A stretch of DNA of 33,525 bases from a virus (IMGVR_UViG_2703718822_000009); one strand, 5' to 3'; positions 1 through 8,901 are shown, counted from the stretch's first letter. Made by a program: numbers and translations. The notes: generated by a model not told the origin, from the sequence alone.

Positions 1-996
1 TTATGGGCAAAATCTGGACAACTCCGCAACCGGATTGAACCTTACCGCGTCCTGGAGATAATCAGGTGCAAAGTGCGCATAGGTCATTGTCTGCTGAATT
101 GTGCTGTGCCCTAAAATACGCTGAAGGGTAATAATGTTCCCTCCATTTATCATGAAATGAGTTGCGAATGTGTGCCGTAAAACATGCACAGACTGACCGA
201 CTGGTAAATCAGGCCGCACAGTCCTTATTGCACTTCTGACTATCGCATAACTGGGGTTCATTAATCTTCCCGTCGCTTTGACTTTAATCAGAGATTCAAG
301 ATCTTTAGCTATAGGAATAACCCGCCGCGATCCATTCTTTGTCTCCATGAAAATAACCTTCCCACCAATTATGTGTTCACCTTTAATATTGGCAACTTCA
401 CCCCAGCGCCCGCCTGTAGCCAGGCTTAACAATACAGCCTTAAGATTATCGCCAGATAAAAGTGCGGTTAGCCTGGGAATATCATCATGTGCAAGATAAG
501 CCATTTCCGGCTGATTAATTGTTAGCTTGCGTATCTCGTGAAACGGGTTATCACCCACAAACTCTTCAACATCAATCAGCTTTTCAAAGAAACCGCTCAT
601 CATTGCACAATAACGATTTACCGTTGACTGCTTAATTCCGCGATTCATTAATTCAAGGCGATATCTGATAATGTTTTTTCGGGTTAAGTGGTCACTTCTG
701 TTAATACCAAGCTCTTGCATATCACGAAGAACCGCTTCAATTCTGACCCGATTCATCGCGCCATAACGATGATTCTTACCGTGGTACACCCACCACAGCT
801 CCAGAAGATCGCTTAACGCTTTACGTTCAATAGGTTTTTCGACCCAGTCCTTATCGTGATAATGCGTCAGAACATGGCGTTCATACATCGCCGCTTCACC
901 ACGGGTAGGAAATCGCCGCCGAAATCTTCTTCCTTCAGATCCAGCAGGCCGCACGTCCACACAGTATTTGCCATCAGCGAGCTTCTTAATCGACAT
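1..996 (-). CDS. int: Tyrosine integrase, P2 Int-like
   Basis: ORF 1..1032(-). N-terminus from the internal ATG (MSIKKLADGKYCVDVRPAG...) resembles the P2 Int N-terminus as recalled; C-terminal HVLRHTFATHF...ILGHS...TMTYAHF is the tyrosine-recombinase catalytic region. Start chosen at the third in-frame ATG (996); the GTG at 1032 is an alternative. Stop at the window edge. Confidence 0.88.
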   Translation of the reverse strand: MSIKKLADGKYCVDVRPAGSEGRRFRRRFPTRGEAAMYERHVLTHYHDKDWVEKPIERKALSDLLELWWVYHGKNHRYGAMNRVRIEAVLRDMQELGINRSDHLTRKNIIRYRLELMNRGIKQSTVNRYCAMMSGFFEKLIDVEEFVGDNPFHEIRKLTINQPEMAYLAHDDIPRLTALLSGDNLKAVLLSLATGGRWGEVANIKGEHIIGGKVIFMETKNGSRRVIPIAKDLESLIKVKATGRLMNPSYAIVRSAIRTVRPDLPVGQSVHVLRHTFATHFMINGGNIITLQRILGHSTIQQTMTYAHFAPDYLQDAVRFNPVAELSRFCP

Positions 997-1062
997 AAGG
1001 AAGCCCCCCAATGAAAACATCATCTTGATCACAATTTTGAGAAATAAAGGCCAGATGGACCG

Positions 1063-1356
1063 TTAACCAGTCTTCTTGCCGGAGTGGGATGATTCCGCTT
1101 CGCTTTGCCCAATGTGTGCGAGAGCCGGTACCACCTGCCCGGCCTTTGGTTCGACCTCATCGAACAAAAACCAGTCACGGTATTTAGAAAATCTAGGATG
1201 CTTGAAAAGCTTGATGGTGATCTCAAGGCCAGGAAGGTTACGACCATACTCATAACTGGTCAGAGCAGAATAAGAAATTCCAATCATATCAGCGAATTCC
1301 CGCTGAGTGAGATCTTCAGATTTACGCATGACGCGAATTTTTTGAGGAATATCCAT
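1063..1356 (-). CDS. Immunity repressor, P2 C-like short HTH repressor
   Basis: ORF 1063..1455(-) trimmed to the internal ATG (MDIPQKIRVMRKSEDLTQREFADMIGISYSALTSYEYGR...) preceded by GGAG. About 97 aa, HTH in the N-terminal half, divergent from a cox-like gene; position and size match P2 C. Confidence 0.75.
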   Translation of the reverse strand: MDIPQKIRVMRKSEDLTQREFADMIGISYSALTSYEYGRNLPGLEITIKLFKHPRFSKYRDWFLFDEVEPKAGQVVPALAHIGQSEAESSHSGKKTG

Positions 1357-1400
1357 TTGACAAACTCCTACATATGTGTAGATTAACACCACATATGAAC
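1357..1400 (+). promoter_or_regulatory. Putative early promoter (Pe) with direct-repeat operator half-sites
   Basis: TTGACA at 1357-1362, a TAGATT-like -10 near 1379-1385, and direct repeats ACATATG at 1370-1376 and 1392-1398 (about 22 bp apart) flanking the -10, as in the P2 C-operator arrangement. Motif-level only. Confidence 0.4.
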
Positions 1401-1471
1401 AGCAAACAAAATGTTCTAAGTGGTTCCAAATAGTGCCAATTAGAAAAAGCACCAATGGCGGAGGATATCAG

Positions 1472-1897
1472 ATGCAAGAAAGCACTCAAAACGCGCCGGA
1501 GTCACTTTGTGGCACACGATGCGATCACCAGTCAGAGATATCGGAAGCAGAACACCTGAAGACCGGCCGCAAAGCCCCTGAACGCCAGGAAATCCGGCTT
1601 TCACAAAACCCTTCTCATCTCCTGTCAAAAGAAGGGTTTGCGATGTATATCGGCAAGACCGTTGACGCCATCGTGAGCATGGCAAAAGCAGGGAAATTAC
1701 CCGCTGTGTACATGGCGGACCCTCTCAAGCCTGGCGGAAACGCCGAACTCTACATCAACCGGAAAGCGTGGGATGAAGCCTGCGATCGACTCACTGAAAA
1801 CGCACCGCAAGAATGGCACGAATGGGAAAACCGACTTTTTTTATTTAAGCCAGCAGCTGGTTCACGGAATAAACGCATCAGTAAAAAAGCTGCGTGA
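1472..1897 (+). CDS. Cox/excisionase-like early regulator (start uncertain)
   Basis: ORF 1433..1897(+). ATG at 1472 has a GGAGG 7 nt upstream; an alternative ATG at 1643 (MYIGKTVDAIVSMAKAGKLP...) would give an ~84 aa protein closer to Cox/Apl size. First gene of the rightward early operon, divergent from the repressor. Confidence 0.5.
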   Translation: MQESTQNAPESLCGTRCDHQSEISEAEHLKTGRKAPERQEIRLSQNPSHLLSKEGFAMYIGKTVDAIVSMAKAGKLPAVYMADPLKPGGNAELYINRKAWDEACDRLTENAPQEWHEWENRLFLFKPAAGSRNKRISKKAA

Positions 1898-1927
1898 TAT
1901 AGAACTGGCAATCATTGGAGGGGCAAG

Positions 1928-2158
1928 ATGATTAAACACACGGAAATCAGACAAAGAATAAAAATAAGCGACGACGCTTCAGTAATAATCTGTAATCAGA
2001 ACTTAGATGCCATTGTTCGGGCTGGCAACGATTTGTATTTCCATTACCCGACCCATTGCATCGTTGTGACATTTGAAACAGAAGAGTCCTTAAAAAATGC
2101 AATGGAGCAGACAGGATTTCAGAATGAAACAGTAATAAGAAAAGACAACTGGGCATAA
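1928..2158 (+). CDS. Hypothetical early protein
   Basis: ORF with GGAGG RBS upstream of the ATG; no recognisable motif. Confidence 0.5.
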   Translation: MIKHTEIRQRIKISDDASVIICNQNLDAIVRAGNDLYFHYPTHCIVVTFETEESLKNAMEQTGFQNETVIRKDNWA

Positions 2159-2210
2159 ATGCCAATACACCGTTATTTCAATTCTTTTAACTTAAGCGGT
2201 TTTTTCCGAT

Positions 2211-2549
2211 ATGACACAGCGACGCAACTTCCGCACTGGCACAGAACGCCACGCTAACCGTTTCTCAACCAGCGCATCACGCAGCAACTCGCACTACAGC
2301 CTGCAGGAAACGCACGCCACACCTGACGGGCATCTGGTTAAACAAACCGGTAAACACACCTGGCTGATTAATGATGCCGGAATTGTCATACACAGAGGTG
2401 CACGCAACCCGATTACCGGAAATACCTGTTACTCCCTGACTCGCGGAGATGAGCAGTTCGGGCAGGATTTCACCCTGCACGAAGCATTAAGAACGGCAGA
2501 CCGGTTAATCAGCGGTCGCAGTTTTCAGCACCCGGAACATCGCCGCTGA
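2211..2549 (+). CDS. Hypothetical early protein
   Basis: ORF in the early operon; weak RBS; no recognisable motif. Confidence 0.35.
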   Translation: MTQRRNFRTGTERHANRFSTSASRSNSHYSLQETHATPDGHLVKQTGKHTWLINDAGIVIHRGARNPITGNTCYSLTRGDEQFGQDFTLHEALRTADRLISGRSFQHPEHRR

Positions 2550-2568
2550 TAAATAAAAGGATTCAGCC

Positions 2569-2811
2569 ATGATCGAAGCCTACAAAATACTTATTAATAA
2601 TGCGTTGCAGCGTTATCACTTCGAACTCGCAAACCGGGGGGTAACCCGGGACGAAGGACTTCGTAACTCACTGCGGGGCGCAATTATGGGACTGTATAAC
2701 TGCGCACTGGGCAGCGATGACCGCGAAGCACTGGAAGAATTAAAAGTTATTGTGGCCGAACTGTTTGAAGGTGAAATCGTTGAGCCTTATTTCACAGAGG
2801 TGGCAGCATGA
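2569..2811 (+). CDS. Hypothetical early protein
   Basis: ORF with AAGGA RBS; no recognisable motif. Confidence 0.5.
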   Translation: MIEAYKILINNALQRYHFELANRGVTRDEGLRNSLRGAIMGLYNCALGSDDREALEELKVIVAELFEGEIVEPYFTEVAA

Positions 2812-2933
2812 GCGTATTTCTTTCATGGGTGATTCTGATTATTTCCGTGCTTATGGCGATTGGCATTATGCGAATTATCGAAGCGCTGAAAAATATCGAA
2901 TCTTTATTTACTGGCGAAGAACGCCGTAAATAA
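2808..2933 (+). CDS. Small hydrophobic peptide (41 aa, one predicted TM segment)
   Basis: Hand-translated ORF absent from the track: MSVFLSWVILIISVLMAIGIMRIIEALKNIESLFTGEERRK. Start overlaps the stop of the upstream gene (ATGA coupling). Confidence 0.35.
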   Translation: MSVFLSWVILIISVLMAIGIMRIIEALKNIESLFTGEERRK

Positions 2934-3012
2934 ATAACCAACCGGACAGAAAACATTAAAACCATCCGCATCTGCGGAGGGCTTCACTCAATCCAGAAAC
3001 GGAGAAACAGCT

Positions 3013-3291
3013 ATGAGCACCAATACACCTACAGAAATAAACAAACTATTTACCGACCCGGCGCATATTGAATTGACGCAAAAAACGCTGACTGAAATAA
3101 CCAATGTACTGGATGAAAGAATATCAGAAATAGATAAAGACAAGCATTTTGCCACCTACATGGCCCTGCAAATGCAAAGCATGGCAATGGTGACAGCAAA
3201 ACAGACCATCAGTGAACTCTATATGAAAAACCTGCGCCTCGAGCGCGAACTGGCAGAACTCCGGGCACAGTCCGGCCAGTTTTCAGCGTGA
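3013..3291 (+). CDS. Hypothetical early protein
   Basis: ORF with GGAG RBS; predicted coiled-coil-like C-terminus. Confidence 0.5.
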   Translation: MSTNTPTEINKLFTDPAHIELTQKTLTEITNVLDERISEIDKDKHFATYMALQMQSMAMVTAKQTISELYMKNLRLERELAELRAQSGQFSA

Positions 3292-3302
3292 GGGGCAGGA
3301 CG

Positions 3303-3554
3303 ATGAACAGCATATTTACCGCCACAAGACGAACCCTGCTGACGCATTTCACCGATGCCGCAGGCCGCGAGTTCATGGTGGAAAGTTATTTGATCACAAC
3401 GACCACGCCGTGCCCGTCAGACGCTGATTATCTCTACATCCATCTGGCTGACGGCACACAAATCACCGCGATTGCCAGTACCGTTCGCGAAGTAATGACC
3501 ATCAGAGGGGCATGGAAATCAGAAACACAAGCCCACGGAGAGCTGCGGCCATGA
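3303..3554 (+). CDS. Hypothetical early protein
   Basis: ORF 3288..3554 begins with GTG; trimmed to the ATG at 3303, which follows GAGGGG. Confidence 0.45.
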   Translation: MNSIFTATRRTLLTHFTDAAGREFMVESYLITTTTPCPSDADYLYIHLADGTQITAIASTVREVMTIRGAWKSETQAHGELRP

Positions 3555-3763
3555 TCAGCAAGTACACCACCAACGCACGTAAACCCGGTAAAGACGCACG
3601 CCACCACATCGCCGTACTCCGCAATCTGTTACTGGAGGAAATCGACGACTTCACGGCGACGCTGAGCGGTCCGGGCGCACCAGTAACACCAGGTGAGATC
3701 CACCGGGACCTTAAACGCCGTATTGAAAACGCCATTGATTACACCCTGAACCCGACCGAATAA
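3551..3763 (+). CDS. Hypothetical early protein
   Basis: ORF 3512..3763 trimmed to the ATG at 3551, which overlaps the upstream stop (ATGA). Confidence 0.45.
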   Translation: MISKYTTNARKPGKDARHHIAVLRNLLLEEIDDFTATLSGPGAPVTPGEIHRDLKRRIENAIDYTLNPTE

Positions 3764-3789
3764 CCGGAACAGTAACGGAGGTTATCGCG

Positions 3790-4344
3790 ATGAGACTTAC
3801 ACCAATGGGAACGCCAAGCAAAGCTCCGGCACATGTAAAGCCGTGGACACAACAGGAAGATCGGTTACTCATCTCGCTTTATCAGGAACACAACACACAT
3901 CAGTTCGCCGAACGAATTCAGCGAACCCGTAAAGCAGTTATGCACCGGATTCGTTTTTTACGTAATCGTGGGCTGATTGGCCGCAAGAGAAAAGCACCAC
4001 TGAGTACAGAAGCCATAGCCTTTCTTATTAAAAACCGTCATGTAAAAACCGCACAGGAAATGGCTCTGGAAGTGGGATGCAGTGAGTGCACAGTGAGGTA
4101 CACACTGCGTAAACGGGGTTACAACCTGAAAAAATGCGGTGAGAACCACCATTGCGCCAGATACAGCGATCATCTGGTTGAGCTGGTCACGGAGCTACGC
4201 GACATACACAACATGACGTTCTGCATGATCGCTGAACACATCAACAGCACGATACAGATGCACATTAACGACGATGCGGCGTTTCATCTCTACCACCGCC
4301 GCACCGCAACTGACGCAGTGCTCTGTGAACTGTTACCGGACTGA
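3790..4344 (+). CDS. Putative DNA-binding protein with three HTH-like repeats
   Basis: ATG with GGAGG RBS. Three internally similar ~40 aa segments with helix-turn-helix character (WTQQEDRLLISLYQ..., STEAIAFLIKNRHVKTAQEMALEVG..., YSDHLVELVTELRD...). Confidence 0.55.
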   Translation: MRLTPMGTPSKAPAHVKPWTQQEDRLLISLYQEHNTHQFAERIQRTRKAVMHRIRFLRNRGLIGRKRKAPLSTEAIAFLIKNRHVKTAQEMALEVGCSECTVRYTLRKRGYNLKKCGENHHCARYSDHLVELVTELRDIHNMTFCMIAEHINSTIQMHINDDAAFHLYHRRTATDAVLCELLPD

Positions 4345-4465
4345 GTGATCATCATGCACACACAAAAAAACCGCTTGCCAGCGTTCGCCTGGTCGGGTTA
4401 CAGTTTTCCCGCACCTCATAAAACGGGTGCCGGGATTGCAACCCCCGCTGACTACACAAGCGCAC

Positions 4466-4487
4466 AACCGCGCCAGCGGTTTTTTTG
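4466..4487 (+). terminator. Putative intrinsic terminator inside the early-operon gap
   Basis: Stem aaccgc / gcggtt with a 4-nt loop, followed by a T-run (4482-4487), nested in a longer cgcacaa / ttgtgcg helix. Confidence 0.45.
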
Positions 4488-4664
4488 TGCGTACCGCATC
4501 GTCACATCTTTTTCGCGTCAGAATTATGGTGGGGCGTACAGGGCCGACTTCGGTCGGGCCGGGGTCTTGTGTAGCCGGTGGTTGCAACCCTGTACGTCTC
4601 ACCACCCAGAATTGCAACCTCTGGATGGTGAGTTTTCAAAACTTACTACACAAGAGGCCACACC

Positions 4665-4892
4665 ATGGCAAACCGCAAGCAACAGCGCGCCCGCGCTGAG
4701 CGTCTTCACATCCGCACTGAAATCAACCGCAGACTCCATCGGGCTGCATCTGTCACCTTCATCATGCAGTCAAACGCATTACACCGACTTAACGATGGTA
4801 TCGCTGCCGGGTATTACGCCGCCGTCTTCAGCTACCTGGCGGATGACCTGGCAGAACTGCAGGACCTTATCAACCAGCAACACCACCACTAA
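4665..4892 (+). CDS. Hypothetical protein
   Basis: ORF with AAGAGG RBS; basic N-terminus, His-rich C-terminus. Confidence 0.5.
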   Translation: MANRKQQRARAERLHIRTEINRRLHRAASVTFIMQSNALHRLNDGIAAGYYAAVFSYLADDLAELQDLINQQHHH

Positions 4893-4960
4893 ACAACATC
4901 CTGAAGCCATCCCGCACCCGTGCGCGGGAGGCTTCCGCACGTCTGTTACCGGAGGTTCTC

Positions 4961-5377
4961 ATGAAGAGCGTTAAGGGACTTTCAGATATTCAGGACTTTT
5001 TTAACTGGATGTGGGCAGTGGATCCCCGGCTGGCTTCCCGCCTGAACGACTGGCACGACTATTACCGCCGCGCCTGTAAACAGGCCACCAGACGCGTCAC
5101 CACATACGGGGATTTCTCCTTCACCGTTGACGACCGTTACCGCGTGGACGTGAAAGGTGATGGTGATGGTTTTGGTTTATTTCACATCAACGGAACCGAC
5201 AGCACCGCCATCAGCTGGTCGTCGTCAGAGATGACGCTTGTGCTGGAAATGACAACGCACAGCGTGGCCGTGAAAGGCATATACACCGCAGAAGACTTTA
5301 TCGGTGAATACCAGCGCCTTCTCGTGCTGTACCGCGCGGCGTTTCAGGCGGCGACTGCCGGGGAGTGCGACGCATGA
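4961..5377 (+). CDS. Hypothetical protein preceding the replication gene
   Basis: ORF with GGAGG RBS; stop overlaps the gpA start (ATGA). Confidence 0.55.
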   Translation: MKSVKGLSDIQDFFNWMWAVDPRLASRLNDWHDYYRRACKQATRRVTTYGDFSFTVDDRYRVDVKGDGDGFGLFHINGTDSTAISWSSSEMTLVLEMTTHSVAVKGIYTAEDFIGEYQRLLVLYRAAFQAATAGECDA

Positions 5378-7893
5378 GTGACCACAATGCACAGCTGGCG
5401 TACCCGTGGAACGCCCCGCTACCGGTTATCGATCCTGAAACGTTCGGCAGAGCGCAGCCAACCGCATTACGCCAGGCCATTCAGAGCTACATCAACGAGG
5501 ATATTCGCACTGACGCCAGACTGGATGAAGAAACCGTCGCCTTCCTGACAAACACAGACGAAGGGAAGCGAATTAATTCGCATCTTTACCACGACGAAGA
5601 GCGTCGGATCAGGCTGGAAAAACTGGCGCGGCACAAACACGAGAATCCGCCAACACTGGTATCTGAAGCCATGGCAGAGCTGCGCGCCCTGCCGCCGTTT
5701 CTTGCCGGTCCGCTCATCCGTGACCTGGCGCGCCTGAGCCGCAAACAGGAGAGCGCACGCCGGGAAGGGCTTAAGAATAACAGCGCATATGCGGCGGATA
5801 ACTTCGTTCGTCACGGGCTGCGTGCCCGCCTGAAACGTATCGCCCGTGTGAATGAACGCTTTGCCACCCCGGCCTTTAAGGCCACCGCCGCGCGCGAACG
5901 GCTGGATGAACTGCTTATGCTGCCACAGCTGAGCCGTGACGAAATCCAGCGCCTTGCCACCCTGACCGCCACCGCGTTTTCCACCGCACTGGAGCGCGCA
6001 TGTGATGAAGTCATCGAAAAGACCAGCAGGGGTGACGATGACCTGCTCACCTGGTTACTGACCTACCAGCCACTGGCACACATGGCGTTAAAACTGGGTA
6101 TCACGCCACCCTGCTGGCCGTCGCTGGAAATCAGGCCCGACCGCCGCACCGACCCCGACCCGGAACGGGTGCCGGGTGCGGTCATGCGCCTTTCCTGTGC
6201 GACATGGTGGAACAGTCAGTTAAGACACCTCCGGGACATCTGGCGTGAAGAACTGTTACGCGCCGCAGGTCTGGTGTCACGTAAGACATCGGTATATATC
6301 AGCCATGAAGCGTTACTGGACTGGCGCGAAAAACGCCAGCGCACCCGCGATTTTCTGAAGGCCTGGGACATCGAGAACGAAGAGGGAGAACGGTTCAGCC
6401 TTGAGGATATCTACTGGGCAGGTCTCTCTAATCCGCGTAACCGCCGTAACGAGATGATGACCTGCGCCCGGGGAATGGAGCAGGTCGCCGAAGCACGCGG
6501 CGACGTGGCGTTTTTCGTCACCGTCACAACCCCTTCCCGTTTTCACAGCGTGAACGATGACGGCAGCCTGAACCCGAAATACTGCGGAGCAACGGTACGC
6601 GATGCCAGTGATTATCTGGTTTACCGCTTTTTCGCCGCCGTCCGCAGGGCCATCGACAAGGCCGGGCTGGGCTGGTACGGCGTGCGCACCGTGGAGCCCC
6701 ACCACGACGGTACACCGCACTGGCACATGCTGGTATTCACCAGCCAGGAAAACGAAGCCCGTATCACTGAAATCATGCGCAACGCCGCCATCAGGGAGGA
6801 CCGCGCAGAGCTGGGTGATGATATCTCCCCGCGTTTTAAATGCGAAAAAATCGACCCGACAAAAGGCACACCGACAAGCTATATCGCGACCTATATCGGT
6901 AAGAATCTGGACGCCAGCGCCTTCATGGGGAATGACCCGAAAACCGGCAAACCTTACGTCGATAAGGAATCAGGCAAAACCATGGCCGAAACCGTGGAGA
7001 ACGCCATCGGCTGGGCAGGCCTTCACCGCATCCACCAGTTCCAGTTCTTCGGTATCCCTCCCCGCCAGGTATGGCGCGAACTCCGCCGTCTTGCCGGGCA
7101 AATGGCCCGTAACCCGGCTGCCCCGCAGCGTCTGGACCATGACGACATTGACGCCATACTGGCCGCCGCCGACGTGGGATGTTTTGCCACCTATATCACC
7201 CGCCAGGGTGGTGTGCTCATTCCCCGCAACACGTACCTGGTCCGCACCGCATACGAAACTGCCGAAGAGGCCAACGACTACGGCGAATTCCCGCAACGCA
7301 TTTACGGCGTCCGCGCCCCGTCACTCGGGGAGCGCTACACCATATGCACCCACCCGGACACCTGGAAACTGGTCAGACGTAAGCCGGAAAACGAAGACCG
7401 CACGGACGAGGGTTTTGACGTTGAGTGCGGCTTTTCCGCACCTTGGACTCGTGGCAATAACTGTCCCCCTGACCAGAATCTGACCATAAACGACCCGCCA
7501 GAAAGGCAGCCGGACGGACGCAGGGAGCAGCGACTTACCCTGCCGGAAGGTGATTTGGGTGAATGGTTAAGGTCACTTACCCCCACAGAGCGAAAACAAC
7601 TCACCAGGCAGCTGAAAAACCCGCCACCTGACACGGAAACCGTGAAAAACGGCGGCATCAGTGCGCCCGCTGGCGGCGTTCGCGTGAGTGTCGCTCTGAC
7701 CGCTGAACCACACATCACCGCACAAATCACCCGCGAGCTTGATGCGCTGGGCGTGCAGCCGCATGAAAGCGCCGTCGTTTCCGTCCGTCACGGTGCCCGC
7801 GTGCGCCTGGCTGACGGGCGCACCGCGTACTGGAATGACAGCACCCGCCGCATTGATATCACCCCCGCACAGAATACGGAGGCGCCACAATGA
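5374..7893 (+). CDS. Rolling-circle replication initiator, P2 gpA-like
   Basis: ORF 5365..7893 (GTG) trimmed to the ATG at 5374 after GGGAG. HUH motif (VEPHHDGTPHWHMLVF) and a paired-tyrosine motif (SYIATYIGKN) typical of the gpA / phiX174 A family. Confidence 0.92.
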   Translation: MSDHNAQLAYPWNAPLPVIDPETFGRAQPTALRQAIQSYINEDIRTDARLDEETVAFLTNTDEGKRINSHLYHDEERRIRLEKLARHKHENPPTLVSEAMAELRALPPFLAGPLIRDLARLSRKQESARREGLKNNSAYAADNFVRHGLRARLKRIARVNERFATPAFKATAARERLDELLMLPQLSRDEIQRLATLTATAFSTALERACDEVIEKTSRGDDDLLTWLLTYQPLAHMALKLGITPPCWPSLEIRPDRRTDPDPERVPGAVMRLSCATWWNSQLRHLRDIWREELLRAAGLVSRKTSVYISHEALLDWREKRQRTRDFLKAWDIENEEGERFSLEDIYWAGLSNPRNRRNEMMTCARGMEQVAEARGDVAFFVTVTTPSRFHSVNDDGSLNPKYCGATVRDASDYLVYRFFAAVRRAIDKAGLGWYGVRTVEPHHDGTPHWHMLVFTSQENEARITEIMRNAAIREDRAELGDDISPRFKCEKIDPTKGTPTSYIATYIGKNLDASAFMGNDPKTGKPYVDKESGKTMAETVENAIGWAGLHRIHQFQFFGIPPRQVWRELRRLAGQMARNPAAPQRLDHDDIDAILAAADVGCFATYITRQGGVLIPRNTYLVRTAYETAEEANDYGEFPQRIYGVRAPSLGERYTICTHPDTWKLVRRKPENEDRTDEGFDVECGFSAPWTRGNNCPPDQNLTINDPPERQPDGRREQRLTLPEGDLGEWLRSLTPTERKQLTRQLKNPPPDTETVKNGGISAPAGGVRVSVALTAEPHITAQITRELDALGVQPHESAVVSVRHGARVRLADGRTAYWNDSTRRIDITPAQNTEAPQ

Positions 7894-8294
7894 CCCGCTT
7901 TTATTGCGCCATGCAGCGCCAGCGTTTTGACGAAATGATGCGCCAGCGCACGCCCTTACTGACCCTGAACAACATTGCCACGGGGCCACAACCGGGCGAT
8001 GAGCTGGAAATCACGGTCGTCAGTCCCGATCGCACCACCACGGCCATCATCACCGACATACTCAACGGACGACCGGACAGCACCAACCGCAGCTGGCTTG
8101 TCGCCGTTCGTCCGCGCCGTCCGCCCGGAGAGCCGGAGCCGCTCACGCCTGCCGGAAAAATCATGCGGCAGTACCACGAAGAGCAGGCACACAAACACAA
8201 CGCAGAACTGACCAGAACACTGGCATCGATTAACCGCAAAGCGGCAATTGCCCGCTATGTGCATTCAGCCGCTGGCAGACAATCACGCAGGTAA
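7890..8294 (+). CDS. Hypothetical protein after gpA
   Basis: ATG overlaps the gpA stop (ATGA); GGAGG RBS; no recognisable motif. Confidence 0.5.
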   Translation: MTRFYCAMQRQRFDEMMRQRTPLLTLNNIATGPQPGDELEITVVSPDRTTTAIITDILNGRPDSTNRSWLVAVRPRRPPGEPEPLTPAGKIMRQYHEEQAHKHNAELTRTLASINRKAAIARYVHSAAGRQSRR

Positions 8295-8342
8295 ACAAAG
8301 ACCATGAACATAACCAGAAACAGCCAACTAAAGGAGCGCACC

Positions 8343-8513
8343 ATGAACAGCACCAGGAGGATCAGCGACAGAGAGCTTACGAAAATGATTGAGTCGGCGC
8401 AGCAGCTGCTTTCACGACAAAACCCGGTCGTGGAAGAAACATGGTGGGAGAATTTACTGGCAGCACTGACCGAACTCCGGGAACGCCGGAACAACGAAGG
8501 AGCCGCCAAATGA
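8343..8513 (+). CDS. Hypothetical small protein
   Basis: ORF 8304..8513 trimmed to the ATG at 8343, preceded by AAGGAG. Confidence 0.4.
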   Translation: MNSTRRISDRELTKMIESAQQLLSRQNPVVEETWWENLLAALTELRERRNNEGAAK

Positions 8514-8836
8514 AGACCCCAGGAATGACCGGAAAGGAAATCATTTTACGCTACCTGGAAACGCACGCACGTTTCAGCGCCCCAGAACTGGTAGAAAAAC
8601 TGGGCGTGAAAAGAACCGTCATTAATCAGGCCGCCGGAAAAATGGTACGGGAAGGGTTGCTGGTTGTGGACGGGTACACGGACAAGATAACGCATTACCG
8701 GAAGCCAACGGAAAAGGAACGACAGGAACTGGCGCAACGGGCTGAACAGCAGCAGGAAAAATCAGTCATCGAAGCCTGCAAGCGCAGCGAAATCATGAAG
8801 CGAATTCTGTTTATCTACGGCGCTGCATTCCGTTAA
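8510..8836 (+). CDS. Putative winged-helix DNA-binding protein
   Basis: ORF 8441..8836 trimmed to the ATG at 8510, which overlaps the upstream stop. EIILRYLETHARFSAPELVEKLGVKRTVINQAAGKMVREGLLVV resembles a MarR/winged-HTH fold (pattern-level). Confidence 0.5.
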   Translation: MKTPGMTGKEIILRYLETHARFSAPELVEKLGVKRTVINQAAGKMVREGLLVVDGYTDKITHYRKPTEKERQELAQRAEQQQEKSVIEACKRSEIMKRILFIYGAAFR

Positions 8837-8850
8837 AGGAGCTGGTGAGT

Positions 8851-8875
8851 CGGGGCAAAAATTCTTTTTGCCCCG
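8851..8875. terminator. Bidirectional intrinsic terminator between convergent operons
   Basis: Perfect 11-bp inverted repeat cggggcaaaaa / tttttgccccg with a 3-nt loop; A/T runs on both arms; sits between the end of the + early operon and the end of ogr (-). Confidence 0.6.
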
Positions 8876-8901
8876 GCGAAGCAGCAGACAAGCGAAGCGC
8901 G

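Noticed and set aside
4345-4974. 209-aa ORF spanning the structured gap and downstream genes
   Set aside because: No RBS; runs through the hairpins and terminator and overlaps two better-supported ORFs; the region is better explained as non-coding.
6602-7483. 293-aa plus-strand alternate-frame ORF inside gpA
   Set aside because: Out-of-frame overlap with the gpA coding frame, which carries the HUH and Tyr motifs; Pro/Ser/Thr/Arg-rich composition typical of an off-frame in GC-rich DNA.
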